This document shows positions 48,767-59,733 of a DNA stretch of 64,000 nucleotides, piece after piece; the stretch's first letter is position 1; each line of letters begins with the position of its first letter. The translations under genes were made by a program, and so were the position numbers. This stretch comes from Barthelona sp. PCE (Eukaryota). The notes beneath the pieces are model-generated. The model did not search any database. It was not told the DNA's origin and worked only from the letters and a program-made list of their open reading frames with translations. The stretch lies in contig JAUFOR010000003.1 of NCBI GenBank assembly GCA_040285745.1, forward strand, positions 310,001 to 374,000. The letters run 5' to 3'.

Positions 48767-51700
48767 TTACTGCATATTACAGCAACCCCTCTTGTTTGAA
48801 TTCTCCATAATAATTCTCTCCTCCAATTCCATTTTTTCCTTCTTATCATTTTCAATTTGAAGTAGTAACTCAGCAATACGCTTATCCTTCATTGTCTCCT
48901 CCTCTTTCTCACGTTCAGCGATAATTCGTGCTTCTTCAGCGCGTTTATCATTCAAATCCTCAGCTGCTTCTTCTTTCTGGTTCTCAATCATACCACTGCT
49001 CTCCTCCATGAGTTTGCGTACCTCTTCATCAATGTCACGCTCATGTTGGGGTTCAAGTTTCAGTTGAGCTTTCCTCTCACGAGCGGCAATAGCGTCCTTG
49101 TGGTGACCGAATACCTCAAACACAATGTCTGAACTGGCTGTATATTCCAAGAATTCTTCACTAACCACAATCTCAAAGATACGGTCGTGTTCGATGTCAA
49201 CGTTCATTCCACTCTTATCCCAATCAATGACGGTGGCATCCTTATTACCGAGCCACCATGAATAATTAACGAAAGGAGCAGTTGAATGCGTTGCTGGTAA
49301 ACCACGAAGGTTTTTAATGGTGATACGCACAAAAATGCGGTTGCCAATAATACTAAATTCATCAGGATCATCCTCAAAATTGGAACCATCCTCATTGACA
49401 GGCTGAATAGCCAAATTGAGTGTACCAGCTTGAGAACCATCGCTACGGAAAATTGATGATCCAGTTTCGTATTCAAAACCCATACTCACAATTTCAGCAG
49501 GGAGTGATGCTGTACCCAAGAGAGAAGGCTTAGTGATATCAACAATACGCTTGAAGGGGTTTTGACTGTCTTCAATGGGGTTGATGATACCAAAGTCAGC
49601 GTAGTCATTCCAGATGGCGTTGGCGATTGAGTAACGCTCAGTAAACTCTTCAACGTCCCATTCTGTCTTCTCAGGTTCAACAACCTGAATGATAACGCCA
49701 GAGACATGCTTGTTTAAGGTAGGATCAAAACGGACTGCAATACTGGGTTTAAGAGTGATGGCGCGTGGGCTTACTTCAGGATTAATCTCAAGAATAGTGC
49801 GAGAGATGGCGTTGAACTCGTTAATCTTCGGCATGACATCAGCGAGCTGAGATTCAAGTGTAGCGCGTTGTTCCTGGCGGTTCTTGAGTTGTTGTTGACC
49901 CTTGGCCTCCTTCTCCTCCTGCTCCTTGTTGACACGGCTTTCAACATTGGCCAGTTCCTCATTCAGGGCGTTTGCTTCCTCAGACATTCCTTGTTCTTCG
50001 AGCTCCTGTTGTTTGCGACGAAGATCTTCCTTCTCAGCCTCAATGGCAGCGGCAGCCTCCTCACGCATTCTAACCAGCTTAGCTTCGTACTCAAGGCGTT
50101 CTTTCTCAAACTGCTTCTGCATCTGTGCCATACGCTCAGCTTGAAGTGCATCAAGAGCAGCTTGGTAATCATCATCGGATAAGAACTCGCTGACCTGGCG
50201 TCCCTCGTTACCCTGTCCAATGTAACGATAAAGATAACGTTGTGCAAAGACGACTGTTTGTCCACACTCAAGCTTGGTGGGATCAGTGATCAGCTTACCA
50301 TCAACGTGCGTCTCACCGTTTGGTGTGATCATGATGTGACCGTCCTCAGAGAGCTCGACAACAGCATGCTCGTCGCTGACAGAAATGCCCTGCATAGCAA
50401 TCTCTTGATTCTTACCAGCAATGAGGTGGTCTCCCTCCTTGATGTCGTAACGTTGCGTTCCAGACCACTGAGGATCAGGGTTAATGTTAACGAGCCATGC
50501 AGCGTTTGAGGTGATGGGTCCACGGGTAGTTGTAATTTCCTGAGCGGCGGCAGCAAAGTACTCGCTGTTCTGCTGTTCAGTGCCCTCAACACGGGTGTCG
50601 TCCAGACTGTTCAGTCGCTGTTGAGCAAGTTCAAGTTGCTCCTGGAGCTCCTGAACCATTTCTGGGTTGGCGGCAAGTTTCAGCTGATCGATCAACTTTT
50701 GCTGCTCTTCAACCTGCTTGGAAAGCTCATCGACCTTTGCTTGGAGAGGTGAAACGTTACGCTTCACAACGTTAGTGATCTTTGCAGCAACCTGGGCATA
50801 TCTCAAAGTTGAGAGGGTTTGATCGAAATCGACTGCTGACGGGGAGAGGGCGGCAATCATGACTGTAAAACAGTTACCACCCAACGCGTTCGAAAGCATC
50901 TGCGTCAGCTTGGAAGCACGCATGGAAGGACGCGCTAACTTCTTTTTTTCATTGGGGGTAGCTGCGAGCCAGCGAATAACTGAACCAAGGTGGGACAGTG
51001 AACGGTTAATATTTGAACCCTCACGAAGACCTGCACCTGAGGCACCTGTATCGTTGGCACGCTCTGAACCGGCAAGATCGACAAGGTTCATATCTGCTTC
51101 GATAACGTTCTTGACCTCCGTGCGCTTACCGTCCTGTTCGACGGTCTCTGTAACGAACTGCTTGATTGTGACAGTGAAAATAGAGTGTGAACGGGAGGAT
51201 TCAGCATTCATCTTTGTGGCACGCTTGAAACGCAGACCATCACCAATGTTGATTAGTCGGTTGATATCCTCAAAGGACTGGACAACAACACGTGTGGCAC
51301 CCATGACTTCGGGGATTTTGTTGAGAGTGACAACCTTGAGATCATCTGGATTAACTGATGAGTTGTCGTTCAGCTTGTTGTAAACCTGTCTCTTACGCTT
51401 GAGCTGATCAGAGTCACCCTTGAGCTGTTGTCTGTTAAGCTCATCACGCTGGTTCTTGAGGTTCGAGACGAAATCAGAAGCGCCCTTATCGTGAATGACC
51501 GCCATGACCTGATCCATGTTGAACTTTTGTTCCTTGTACACGGAAAGGTCACGGTCTAAACAAAGAAGATCACGGATGGCTTCGTTGTAGATTTCAATGT
51601 ATCTGGCTTCGATGAGAATGTCAATTTTCTTGCCTTCACTTTCATACTTTTCTTTCATCTCTGGAATTTTCTCAAACAGCTCGGAACAAGCACGGGGAAT

Positions 51701-52171
51701 AATTCCCCACTGGTCGTGGTCGTCAAGAACACCCATCATGGAGTACGACTTTCCTGAACCGGTTTGGCCGTATGCGAAGACTGTGGTGTTGAAACCGTCA
51801 AGTGCCTTCTGAAGCATGGGAATTCCAATTGCTTGATAGACATCTGTCTGCCCGGCAAAGTTCTCAGGCTTGCCCTTGGGAATCCCGTTGAAGTCCGCAA
51901 CTTCTTGGTCGAAACAAATGAAAGAGTTGAATGCATGGGTGAAGTTGAAGCTCTTGATGTGCTTGTCAACCATGTGCTTCTCCAATTCACCGTTCTCGAT
52001 CTTCGTGCGAAGGGCTTTGTCGGTAAAGTACTCATCAGATCGAATTTTGAGGTAGCCAGGAGTGTCTGGGAAAAATTCTAATGCCATACTCGGGCATTCA
52101 AGCAGCTTACGTGTATTATCACGTTCTAAGAAGGGTCTCGTACGCACAGCGATAATTAGATTCTGTGACAT
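48767..52171 (-). CDS. Kinesin-3 family motor (motor, FHA, coiled coil, C2-like, C-terminal CaaX)
   Basis: FAYGQTGSGKSYSM, SSRSH, LVDLAGSER, EGSNINRSL, TLSTLRYA; FHA-like LVNINPDP...SDEHA; ends KRGCCNMQ. Confidence 0.93.
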   Translation of the reverse strand: MSQNLIIAVRTRPFLERDNTRKLLECPSMALEFFPDTPGYLKIRSDEYFTDKALRTKIENGELEKHMVDKHIKSFNFTHAFNSFICFDQEVADFNGIPKGKPENFAGQTDVYQAIGIPMLQKALDGFNTTVFAYGQTGSGKSYSMMGVLDDHDQWGIIPRACSELFEKIPEMKEKYESEGKKIDILIEARYIEIYNEAIRDLLCLDRDLSVYKEQKFNMDQVMAVIHDKGASDFVSNLKNQRDELNRQQLKGDSDQLKRKRQVYNKLNDNSSVNPDDLKVVTLNKIPEVMGATRVVVQSFEDINRLINIGDGLRFKRATKMNAESSRSHSIFTVTIKQFVTETVEQDGKRTEVKNVIEADMNLVDLAGSERANDTGASGAGLREGSNINRSLSHLGSVIRWLAATPNEKKKLARPSMRASKLTQMLSNALGGNCFTVMIAALSPSAVDFDQTLSTLRYAQVAAKITNVVKRNVSPLQAKVDELSKQVEEQQKLIDQLKLAANPEMVQELQEQLELAQQRLNSLDDTRVEGTEQQNSEYFAAAAQEITTTRGPITSNAAWLVNINPDPQWSGTQRYDIKEGDHLIAGKNQEIAMQGISVSDEHAVVELSEDGHIMITPNGETHVDGKLITDPTKLECGQTVVFAQRYLYRYIGQGNEGRQVSEFLSDDDYQAALDALQAERMAQMQKQFEKERLEYEAKLVRMREEAAAAIEAEKEDLRRKQQELEEQGMSEEANALNEELANVESRVNKEQEEKEAKGQQQLKNRQEQRATLESQLADVMPKINEFNAISRTILEINPEVSPRAITLKPSIAVRFDPTLNKHVSGVIIQVVEPEKTEWDVEEFTERYSIANAIWNDYADFGIINPIEDSQNPFKRIVDITKPSLLGTASLPAEIVSMGFEYETGSSIFRSDGSQAGTLNLAIQPVNEDGSNFEDDPDEFSIIGNRIFVRITIKNLRGLPATHSTAPFVNYSWWLGNKDATVIDWDKSGMNVDIEHDRIFEIVVSEEFLEYTASSDIVFEVFGHHKDAIAARERKAQLKLEPQHERDIDEEVRKLMEESSGMIENQKEEAAEDLNDKRAEEARIIAEREKEEETMKDKRIAELLLQIENDKKEKMELEERIIMENSNKRGCCNMQ

Positions 52172-53085
52172 TGCTTTTAGACGTGAAAAAAAATGGAAGA
52201 AAGGTTAAACAGGTAAGTGAAGTGCATTTGTGGGGTTTACTGTGGTTGATCTGTAGTTTATTGCTCGTTTATGTTGTCAGAATATCACTTATGATGGAAT
52301 GATTCATTTTTCAAGCAAAAAGCTATTTTTAGAATTGGGACAAACATTTATACATAGAAAAAGGCTCAGTCATCAAACTGCATACCCTGCGCTTGTTTTA
52401 ATTGTTTGTAGCATGCTTTTTGGGCTTTTTTCATTTTTCAATTTTTTCACTTAAAATGCAAAAAGCACACCAGGTATCAGGGCCCGGGGTAATCGCAACC
52501 TCTTATTAATCTCTTCTCATTTGCTTGTGAAAGCTATCAACAACCGGTAGAGCACGGTGGTGCATGTAAGAGTATAAAGTGTTCTACATGTGCACGCGAG
52601 TTCTGTTTTTCATGTCTTTCGCTTGACCAATGCAGTCATCATGGTAAGTGCAACGTCGCAAATATTCAACAGATAACACTCGAGCAGGTACATGAACGCA
52701 TGCAAATGTTTCAGTAGTTAAGCAATCATTATCATCTTTAATATTTTTCTAAATCACCTATTCATTTCAATTGGGCATGTGATACTCAACGATGGACGCC
52801 TCCGCCAGAAAAGAAGGAAGATGGAACGTTTCCACTGTGGGATTCATCGATTCTGGGTCTTCCTCAACGTTGTATGTTTTCAACACCATTGTCTATATAC
52901 CCTTAAAAAAATTTTTCCTCGAATGATTTGATAGTTGAGTTCTCTCTCTTCATGTGGTCGAATACTAGGCATGCAAATGAAGTAAAAAATAGATGAGAAG
53001 GTAATAAGCACCTGTATTAATTTTTATCTTTTTTCTTTAAGGGGCATTCACATTATTAACAGGACATTATTTTTTAAATAAGGGT

Positions 53086-54963
53086 ATGCCGCGTTATAAC
53101 CAGCATTATTTCACTTGCAATGGAGAATTGTACTTAAAATATTTGTACACAATGTATAAACCAAATTTAAACTCAATAGCACCAGAAAACACATTTGCTC
53201 TCATTCCCATACACGAGCGCGCAGTGAGACTTCCATTTATATGTTCACGTGTTGAACGAGCTGCGGATAAAGATGTTATTTTCTCTAAAGGTAGAGCAAA
53301 TAACACAATGATATTGAATACATATGTGTATAACGGGGTTGACGCATTTATGGAAGAATCTTCATATTCTGTTGGAAATTTTCCCAAACTTAGAAGAGTT
53401 GATTTAATCGGACATTATATCATTAATTACATACGTAGAGCAATAGAAGTTTACGACTTATGCACTGGAGATGTACAGACATTGATGGAAGGAAGGTTTG
53501 TGAAAAAGAAAAAAATGTTTAGAGTTACAGTTCTTTTTGTAGAGGGTTGTTTTAAAGTGCTGATATTTACGGGTGAAACCTTTCAGTTTGTGGAGGTACC
53601 AATACCAGATGATGGGTATTTTGTCGAGATAATTAATAGTTTTCACCCATCATTTTATTATTTCTCATCAGAATCATTGCACAAGGTCACAATAATGTAT
53701 GGAAGAGTGGATGTTCAGGAGATTGATGTGAAATTTGGGTTTGAAGAAGATAAAAATATTCCAAATCAAGTTTTTTTGATGGATGATTTGCATTTTTTTG
53801 TTTTCATTAAATTAGGTGAAATCAAAGCTTATAAAATTGGTGAAAGTGGCACAGAATGCTTGGTAAATATGTCAATTTATCAGTTCCACAAGTTTATCTA
53901 TTTAGATAATACACTATTTGGAATGTTTGACGATAAACTTATCCCTTTCACGATAGAGTATTGTGTAGGCGGGTACTGCATCCCTAGGAATAGCTTTCTC
54001 AGCAAAAGTGTAAGTAACCATATTCATTTCCCGTTTTTTGTTTCTGCTCAGTTTGTAGTCTCATTTGTCATGTTTGGTACTCAAAACCCCAGTGTTGTGA
54101 TACATGGTTCCACGGGTGAAGGTACTAAAGATCTATTTGCCACAAAGGCATATGTGTATGAAGATATTGTCCCAACTCAGATTTTTCGAAAAGATAAGGC
54201 TTTTTGTGCCAATGTGAGTGGTAACCAATCAGATGAAATTGAAATTGATTGTAATGAAGAGAACATAGAGTATGTAGCAGGTAGATTTGTTCATATTGAC
54301 GATGGTAAACTCTATATAGATGGTGTGTACGGATATGAGGTGCCAGTTAATGACTGGTTTGAAATATTTCCTTCTAAGGATGTTGTGTGGATTTGTGGAA
54401 CATCTTGTATTGGTATCATACTCATGGAAAAGGATCAAGTTCAGTTTGACTTTATACATATAGATGATGATGTTTACCCGCGTGTTTTACCTTCACAATA
54501 CAACCCATTGATGGGAATATGTGAATTTTGCGGAAAAAAAGAAATAATAACGTATATTGAAGGAAGTTTTAAAACTTTTAGTTTTTTCCAAACAAGAACA
54601 TATGATGAAATAGAATTTTTTATTGATGAAAACATATTTATTGCCTCGAATAGAATTTTCAGATTCACTAACGAAGTGATAGAAAGTATTGATTTAGAAT
54701 TGCCGTGGAGTTTTGTTAAAAACCCAAATTATACTTTTACATCAACAGAAAGGGGCACAATTACTCGGTTACATAAACAGATGGATGGTTATGACATTGT
54801 TAAAGAAATTCTTACATTTGATGATGATTATGGAAGTTTTAAGGTTTGTCCAGTCAGACACAGTTTAATTGAATTATTGATCCATAGCCAGTTTCATCAT
54901 GTGTCCAAGGTTGGTTCTGGTGTTAGGAGGGATGCTGTACTATGTTTTTTTGATTGTCAGTAG
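53086..54963 (+). CDS. Hypothetical beta-rich ~625-aa protein (unrecognised family)
   Basis: Long ORF, F/I/V/Y-rich, AT-rich codons; C-terminal similarity to 57238-59154. Confidence 0.7.
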   Translation: MPRYNQHYFTCNGELYLKYLYTMYKPNLNSIAPENTFALIPIHERAVRLPFICSRVERAADKDVIFSKGRANNTMILNTYVYNGVDAFMEESSYSVGNFPKLRRVDLIGHYIINYIRRAIEVYDLCTGDVQTLMEGRFVKKKKMFRVTVLFVEGCFKVLIFTGETFQFVEVPIPDDGYFVEIINSFHPSFYYFSSESLHKVTIMYGRVDVQEIDVKFGFEEDKNIPNQVFLMDDLHFFVFIKLGEIKAYKIGESGTECLVNMSIYQFHKFIYLDNTLFGMFDDKLIPFTIEYCVGGYCIPRNSFLSKSVSNHIHFPFFVSAQFVVSFVMFGTQNPSVVIHGSTGEGTKDLFATKAYVYEDIVPTQIFRKDKAFCANVSGNQSDEIEIDCNEENIEYVAGRFVHIDDGKLYIDGVYGYEVPVNDWFEIFPSKDVVWICGTSCIGIILMEKDQVQFDFIHIDDDVYPRVLPSQYNPLMGICEFCGKKEIITYIEGSFKTFSFFQTRTYDEIEFFIDENIFIASNRIFRFTNEVIESIDLELPWSFVKNPNYTFTSTERGTITRLHKQMDGYDIVKEILTFDDDYGSFKVCPVRHSLIELLIHSQFHHVSKVGSGVRRDAVLCFFDCQ

Positions 54964-55479
54964 TGTATTAAAATGGATTGGTACAGTTTTTTTTCATACT
55001 TGAAGGAGATTTTGTTGATAGTAATCCATTGGAAAAGACAATTTCACGTTTGATAAGTGCGCTTGTCTAAGAAAAGGTTAAAACCTGTGTACGAAACAAA
55101 GAAAGAATTTTATCTCAATTGCTCAAAAGGACAATGATTAGGAATTACAGATACACTGCATACTGAATCTGTCAAATGTTTAGCTAGAATCTGATTGAGA
55201 AATTTGAGGAATTGCCTTGCCTGTCTTCAAATTTTTTGTTTTGTTTTAACCCGTCAATTTTGAATCTGGTAGACGCATATTGTGTCATTTGACACTATTT
55301 AGTATATTTTCTTAGATTGTAAATATTGAAAAAAGTGAGATTTGAAGATTTTTTTGTCCGCAGAACCGTTCACGCAAAGAAATTTACTTTTTGAACGGGA
55401 TATCGAGTCTTACAAGATGCATCATGTGTAGAAAGTCTCAATATGGTTTGCATTAATTTTATTATCTCTTTTCTTATAG

Positions 55480-57102
55480 ATGTCAGGCCCACGGGATAGC
55501 ACGTCGTTTATTGAGGTGGAACAGGCACGGGACATGGAGGACACTGAAAAGAAACTGCTGGTTAAGCGTGTTCTTAGACATGTAAGTGGTCAGCCTCTTG
55601 TAAGAACAAATGCTCGCAATTATCATGTTATGAACCTCGCACTGGGCATATATTTCAACGTTAGCAAACTTGAATGTATGCCAAATACTGAATTAACACC
55701 TTTTGAATTCAATGAATCGGTAAAGATCGATTTACCAAAGTTATCACCCGATCAAAGCGAGTTTTACCAGTTCAAAGACTATTGTCCGCATGTTTTTAAG
55801 GCGCTAAGGGATAGAATGGGTGTGGATAGCGATAGTTACATTGCGTCACTTTGTAACGATTCAACTCTCTTTGAAACAGCAACGCCTGGAAAGAGTGGAT
55901 CCACTTTTTACTACTCACATGATGGGTCATATGTCATTAAGACAATCACAAAGGCTGAGAGTAAGATTATTAGAAAGTTCTTACCTCATTACTACAGACA
56001 CGTTATGCTCTACCCTCATACCTTACTGAGCAGGTTCTATGGCCTTCATCGTGTTCGTGGTGGTATTGGAACGACACATTTCATTGTAATGGCGAATGTT
56101 TTCGATTGTCCTAATTGGATACATGAGAAGTATGATCTTAAAGGATCCACTTACGGACGTCGTTCAAGGGATGAGGATATTGGTGACCCAACCAAGACGC
56201 TCAAGGATATCAACTTCATTGAGATGAGAGGTGAGAGGAGTTTGGTTTTGGGACCTTTAAAACGGCAAATCTTTTTGGAGCAGTTGAGAGCGGATGCTTT
56301 CTTCCTTGCTGATCATGGTATCATGGACTATTCTCTTTTAATAGGTATCCACTACAGGGATAGACCATCACCGGAAGTGGACCGTAGTATTTGGGACAGA
56401 CGAAGGCAGGTCAGTCTTACAAAAAAGTACATTGCACAGGGATTGAACGCACCAGCAATGAAGGGACCAAAAGGCCATCTTATAACGATGTTCCAGATGG
56501 AAGATGGAGGGTTCTCATCTGTAGGAAATGCGAGAGAAGAAATGATGGATCCTATGGATTCAAATTATATGCATATTATGACATCAGATGATGACATGGA
56601 CGAGAGAGACAGTTTGCAGGACAATCCAATTGTGATGATTGATGAAACCCCTTCAGATCTGGTAACTGATGAAGAATTAGAGGAGAGTTATTCATCGGCA
56701 GCATTTTTACCTAGAAATTCAGATTTGCGCAGAAAAGAATTCTGTTTTGAGGCACCATCAGTGGAATTGACAAACAGAGAGTTAGTTAAGAGCACTATTA
56801 CTAGCGCATTACCAGATATTGAGACTCAAGAATCATTACAGTACAATCCGCTTTATAAATTCAAGCAAAAGCTGTTGCGTCAACGAACTTTTTCGAATTT
56901 GAAGGAGGAAGATCAACGATTTATTAGTGGAAACGAAGTTTATTACTTTGGTATCATTGATATTACAACAGAATGGAGTGCCAAGAAGTCTTTAGAGCAC
57001 GGTTTCAAGTCAATAATTACGAATGGTAACGCAATTTCTGCTGTCAATCCGAAAGATTATGCACTTAGGTTTTTGGAATTCTTTGAAGATCATACTCGTT
57101 AG
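55480..57102 (+). CDS. PIP5K: Phosphatidylinositol-4-phosphate 5-kinase
   Basis: FKDYCP.VF..LR, PGKSGS.FY.S.D, IKT, YDLKGS, TLKD, IMDYSLL.GIH, YYFGIIDI, ISAV.P..YA.RF. Confidence 0.96.
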   Translation: MSGPRDSTSFIEVEQARDMEDTEKKLLVKRVLRHVSGQPLVRTNARNYHVMNLALGIYFNVSKLECMPNTELTPFEFNESVKIDLPKLSPDQSEFYQFKDYCPHVFKALRDRMGVDSDSYIASLCNDSTLFETATPGKSGSTFYYSHDGSYVIKTITKAESKIIRKFLPHYYRHVMLYPHTLLSRFYGLHRVRGGIGTTHFIVMANVFDCPNWIHEKYDLKGSTYGRRSRDEDIGDPTKTLKDINFIEMRGERSLVLGPLKRQIFLEQLRADAFFLADHGIMDYSLLIGIHYRDRPSPEVDRSIWDRRRQVSLTKKYIAQGLNAPAMKGPKGHLITMFQMEDGGFSSVGNAREEMMDPMDSNYMHIMTSDDDMDERDSLQDNPIVMIDETPSDLVTDEELEESYSSAAFLPRNSDLRRKEFCFEAPSVELTNRELVKSTITSALPDIETQESLQYNPLYKFKQKLLRQRTFSNLKEEDQRFISGNEVYYFGIIDITTEWSAKKSLEHGFKSIITNGNAISAVNPKDYALRFLEFFEDHTR

Positions 57103-57237
57103 TTTTAGCTTTGTTTAACATTTTTCATATATTTTTGCAATTTAGCCCAGGCCAGTTCTGTTTTTAGGCTTGATTTATGTGTAAATTGAAGTTATATTAG
57201 TGAATTTTCATGTATATTTTTTTTTTATCCTTTTTGC

Positions 57238-59154
57238 ATGAAAGCAGATCTTATTCACATAGGCACAGGTGGGCATGTTCTTTTTTCAGATATTTCAGCT
57301 AATTTATCCTATCTAGATAAAGTATCTTTTGTTGGATATACAAAGGAATTAGTTAAACTGGAAAGTCAACCTCATATGGCAGCAAATCGGCAGTTATACA
57401 TTGTAAGGAGATCAGAATCATGTAATGAACTTGTATGGTTAGAAGACGATTTTTCTCTAGGTTCATGTATTTTATTACCTAGTTGTGTGCAGGACCTAAC
57501 ATCCCTTATCACTGTAGACAACAACTATGCATTTCATAAGAATGGAACTGATGTATATGATTTGATTAGTTTGCGATCAGGTGAAATGCAAAAGACTGAT
57601 TTTTTAAATTTAACACCATTATTTGCCAAGTCAGGACTGATCCACGGTAGCAGAACGGAAGGTTCATCTTTGTTTACGGTTTTCGAAGATAATATTGTAT
57701 TCAAAGATTGTGTTACACCACCTATTTTTTCAGATACAGTGATCATTCGGGTAGAAAATGTTGACTGTTTCCTCCAAGTCAATGATGATCATATTTATCT
57801 TTTCAATGAATACTTTTGCAGTGATCTCACAGAACCGTTTCATTTTTTGAATAATATTGATTTGAGTAGAGCTCGTGTATTGATAACAAGAATCAATACC
57901 TCCAACAAGCAGCTTATGATGCACATATTTAATGAAAAAATGCAACAAACCATTTCGTTTTCAGATGGACAACTTCAAGCTGATCGTTGTTATGTTGATT
58001 TTTATCATACCTCACTTTGTATGAAACGTGCAGTCACCAGTCCAGATTGGGATTTTGTTGTTACAGATTATCCTGTTGTATATCAGAAAGATGTTTGTTT
58101 GTTGAAGTTCACAACTATTAAGAATACTGTATTTTTTGCTTCTAAACCATCATTGCAAGCAATGTATTACATTGAATCATGTTTTAACAGAGTATTATTA
58201 CATTCTTCACATTTTTTATCTGGGTTTTATATTGATTTAATCAACAAAGAGTGCATTTCAATTAGAGATTTGCGTCATATACGAGGTTTCGATCCATTAA
58301 TTGAAAAAAACACTTCTTTTTCAGAAAAATTACAGTACAGATCAATGTTTAAATATAAAAACAGTCGTGTGATAATCCCCTTTCGTCGAATGAATTTTGT
58401 TGATATCGTGCGGAGAAAAACATTTGATGCCATTTACTTATCATCAGTGTACAAAAATAATGTTGTTTATGTGAATCAAAAAGAAGAGTTCCTGTGGAAA
58501 AAAGCTGATAATACTCTGCACAGACTGCGACCAGTTGTTGAAGGAGCGAGAATTCAGTCTACTTCCTTTTTCAGTGATTCAGCTCTTTTTATTTTGTTAA
58601 ATACAGGCCCACGTGATTGGGCTTTCACAATCAGATCTAATTTTTCAGTAACTCACAATTTACCATCAGGATGTGATGTAATGAATATAATAGTCAACAA
58701 AAATGGTTCGTATTCAGTTATTATGCCACTATTAGTGAATGATGAAATGCGATATACATTATTTTTTTTATATGGTGAAGATTTATATCAAACAACAATA
58801 CCATACATCATTGAAACAGCTCACTTCATCAGTCCAAGTATGTTCATAGCAAATAAGACTGTGTTTTCATTTAGTGTTGAGAATTCAATACTATCTGTTA
58901 AGAAGATCCATGATTTACATACATTAACAAATGTTTACGATTTCCCACAACGCAGATGTGGTGCTTGGTATGTTGATTATTCAGAAGAAACACAGGAGAG
59001 CAGGATTATTACATTGGATCATTCAAGTCTTGAGGTATATGATTTTTTATACGATTGTTTGAATCAACAAGTTCTTGAGTACAGTCATTGCTCGCTTGGT
59101 GAATATATTAAAGACTTTTTGATTGAAATGTATGATTTAAACTTTGATTTGTGA
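57238..59154 (+). CDS. Hypothetical beta-rich ~638-aa protein (unrecognised family)
   Basis: Long ORF; same size and composition as 53086-54963. Confidence 0.7.
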   Translation: MKADLIHIGTGGHVLFSDISANLSYLDKVSFVGYTKELVKLESQPHMAANRQLYIVRRSESCNELVWLEDDFSLGSCILLPSCVQDLTSLITVDNNYAFHKNGTDVYDLISLRSGEMQKTDFLNLTPLFAKSGLIHGSRTEGSSLFTVFEDNIVFKDCVTPPIFSDTVIIRVENVDCFLQVNDDHIYLFNEYFCSDLTEPFHFLNNIDLSRARVLITRINTSNKQLMMHIFNEKMQQTISFSDGQLQADRCYVDFYHTSLCMKRAVTSPDWDFVVTDYPVVYQKDVCLLKFTTIKNTVFFASKPSLQAMYYIESCFNRVLLHSSHFLSGFYIDLINKECISIRDLRHIRGFDPLIEKNTSFSEKLQYRSMFKYKNSRVIIPFRRMNFVDIVRRKTFDAIYLSSVYKNNVVYVNQKEEFLWKKADNTLHRLRPVVEGARIQSTSFFSDSALFILLNTGPRDWAFTIRSNFSVTHNLPSGCDVMNIIVNKNGSYSVIMPLLVNDEMRYTLFFLYGEDLYQTTIPYIIETAHFISPSMFIANKTVFSFSVENSILSVKKIHDLHTLTNVYDFPQRRCGAWYVDYSEETQESRIITLDHSSLEVYDFLYDCLNQQVLEYSHCSLGEYIKDFLIEMYDLNFDL

Positions 59155-59156
59155 TA

Positions 59157-59693
59157 TTAACTTTGATTTAAGAGAGTAAAACTCTTCTTTGTCACTATTT
59201 GTTCTTCAAATGTACTTTTAACATGATTCATAGCGAATGGATTGTAAGTAACTGTGGTTTGTTTGAGCACTAAAGCTGGAATTGGATCAAAATTTTCATT
59301 ACACTTATGTTCATCAAGTATTTTTGCTCCATTTTCTGATGTGAATGTAACTTTTCCGATAATAGGTGCTTGGTTTTCCTCTAATATTCCAGTTTGTAAC
59401 CCAAGAGAGATACCAAATGTTACTGGATTAGACGAAAAAAGAAAAAGAACACATTCATTATCTATACTGTCAACAGACCATGATTCAGATGTAAACGGTG
59501 TTAGAAACTCGGATATGCGTTCGATTTTTGATGGTGAAAATGCAAAAAAAGAATGAGGTACATATTTCAACAGAATATTTGTAAACTGATCATTTGCCAC
59601 TAATTTAAGGAAGTTCTCTGCTAGAGCAGAGTTCTCATTAAGGCCCAGCTCAATTTCGCAAGTGAAAATGTTTGTTGTCAGAACAACTGACAT
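59157..59693 (-). CDS. Degenerate cyclophilin-like protein (CWC27/PPIL-type)
   Basis: MSVVLTTN...IEL...ENFLKL, IIGKV, V..NPF, KKSFTLL; the catalytic FHR/FMIQGG motifs are absent. Confidence 0.6.
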   Translation of the reverse strand: MSVVLTTNIFTCEIELGLNENSALAENFLKLVANDQFTNILLKYVPHSFFAFSPSKIERISEFLTPFTSESWSVDSIDNECVLFLFSSNPVTFGISLGLQTGILEENQAPIIGKVTFTSENGAKILDEHKCNENFDPIPALVLKQTTVTYNPFAMNHVKSTFEEQIVTKKSFTLLNQS

Positions 59694-59733
59694 GAAAGAG
59701 GATGTTTTTTATTAAATCACCTTTCACTTTCAA

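Noticed and set aside
55446-55479. GT...AG 34-nt possible intron just before the PIP5K ATG
   Set aside because: Not needed to explain the ORF; such motifs are frequent in AT-rich DNA; no transcript evidence.
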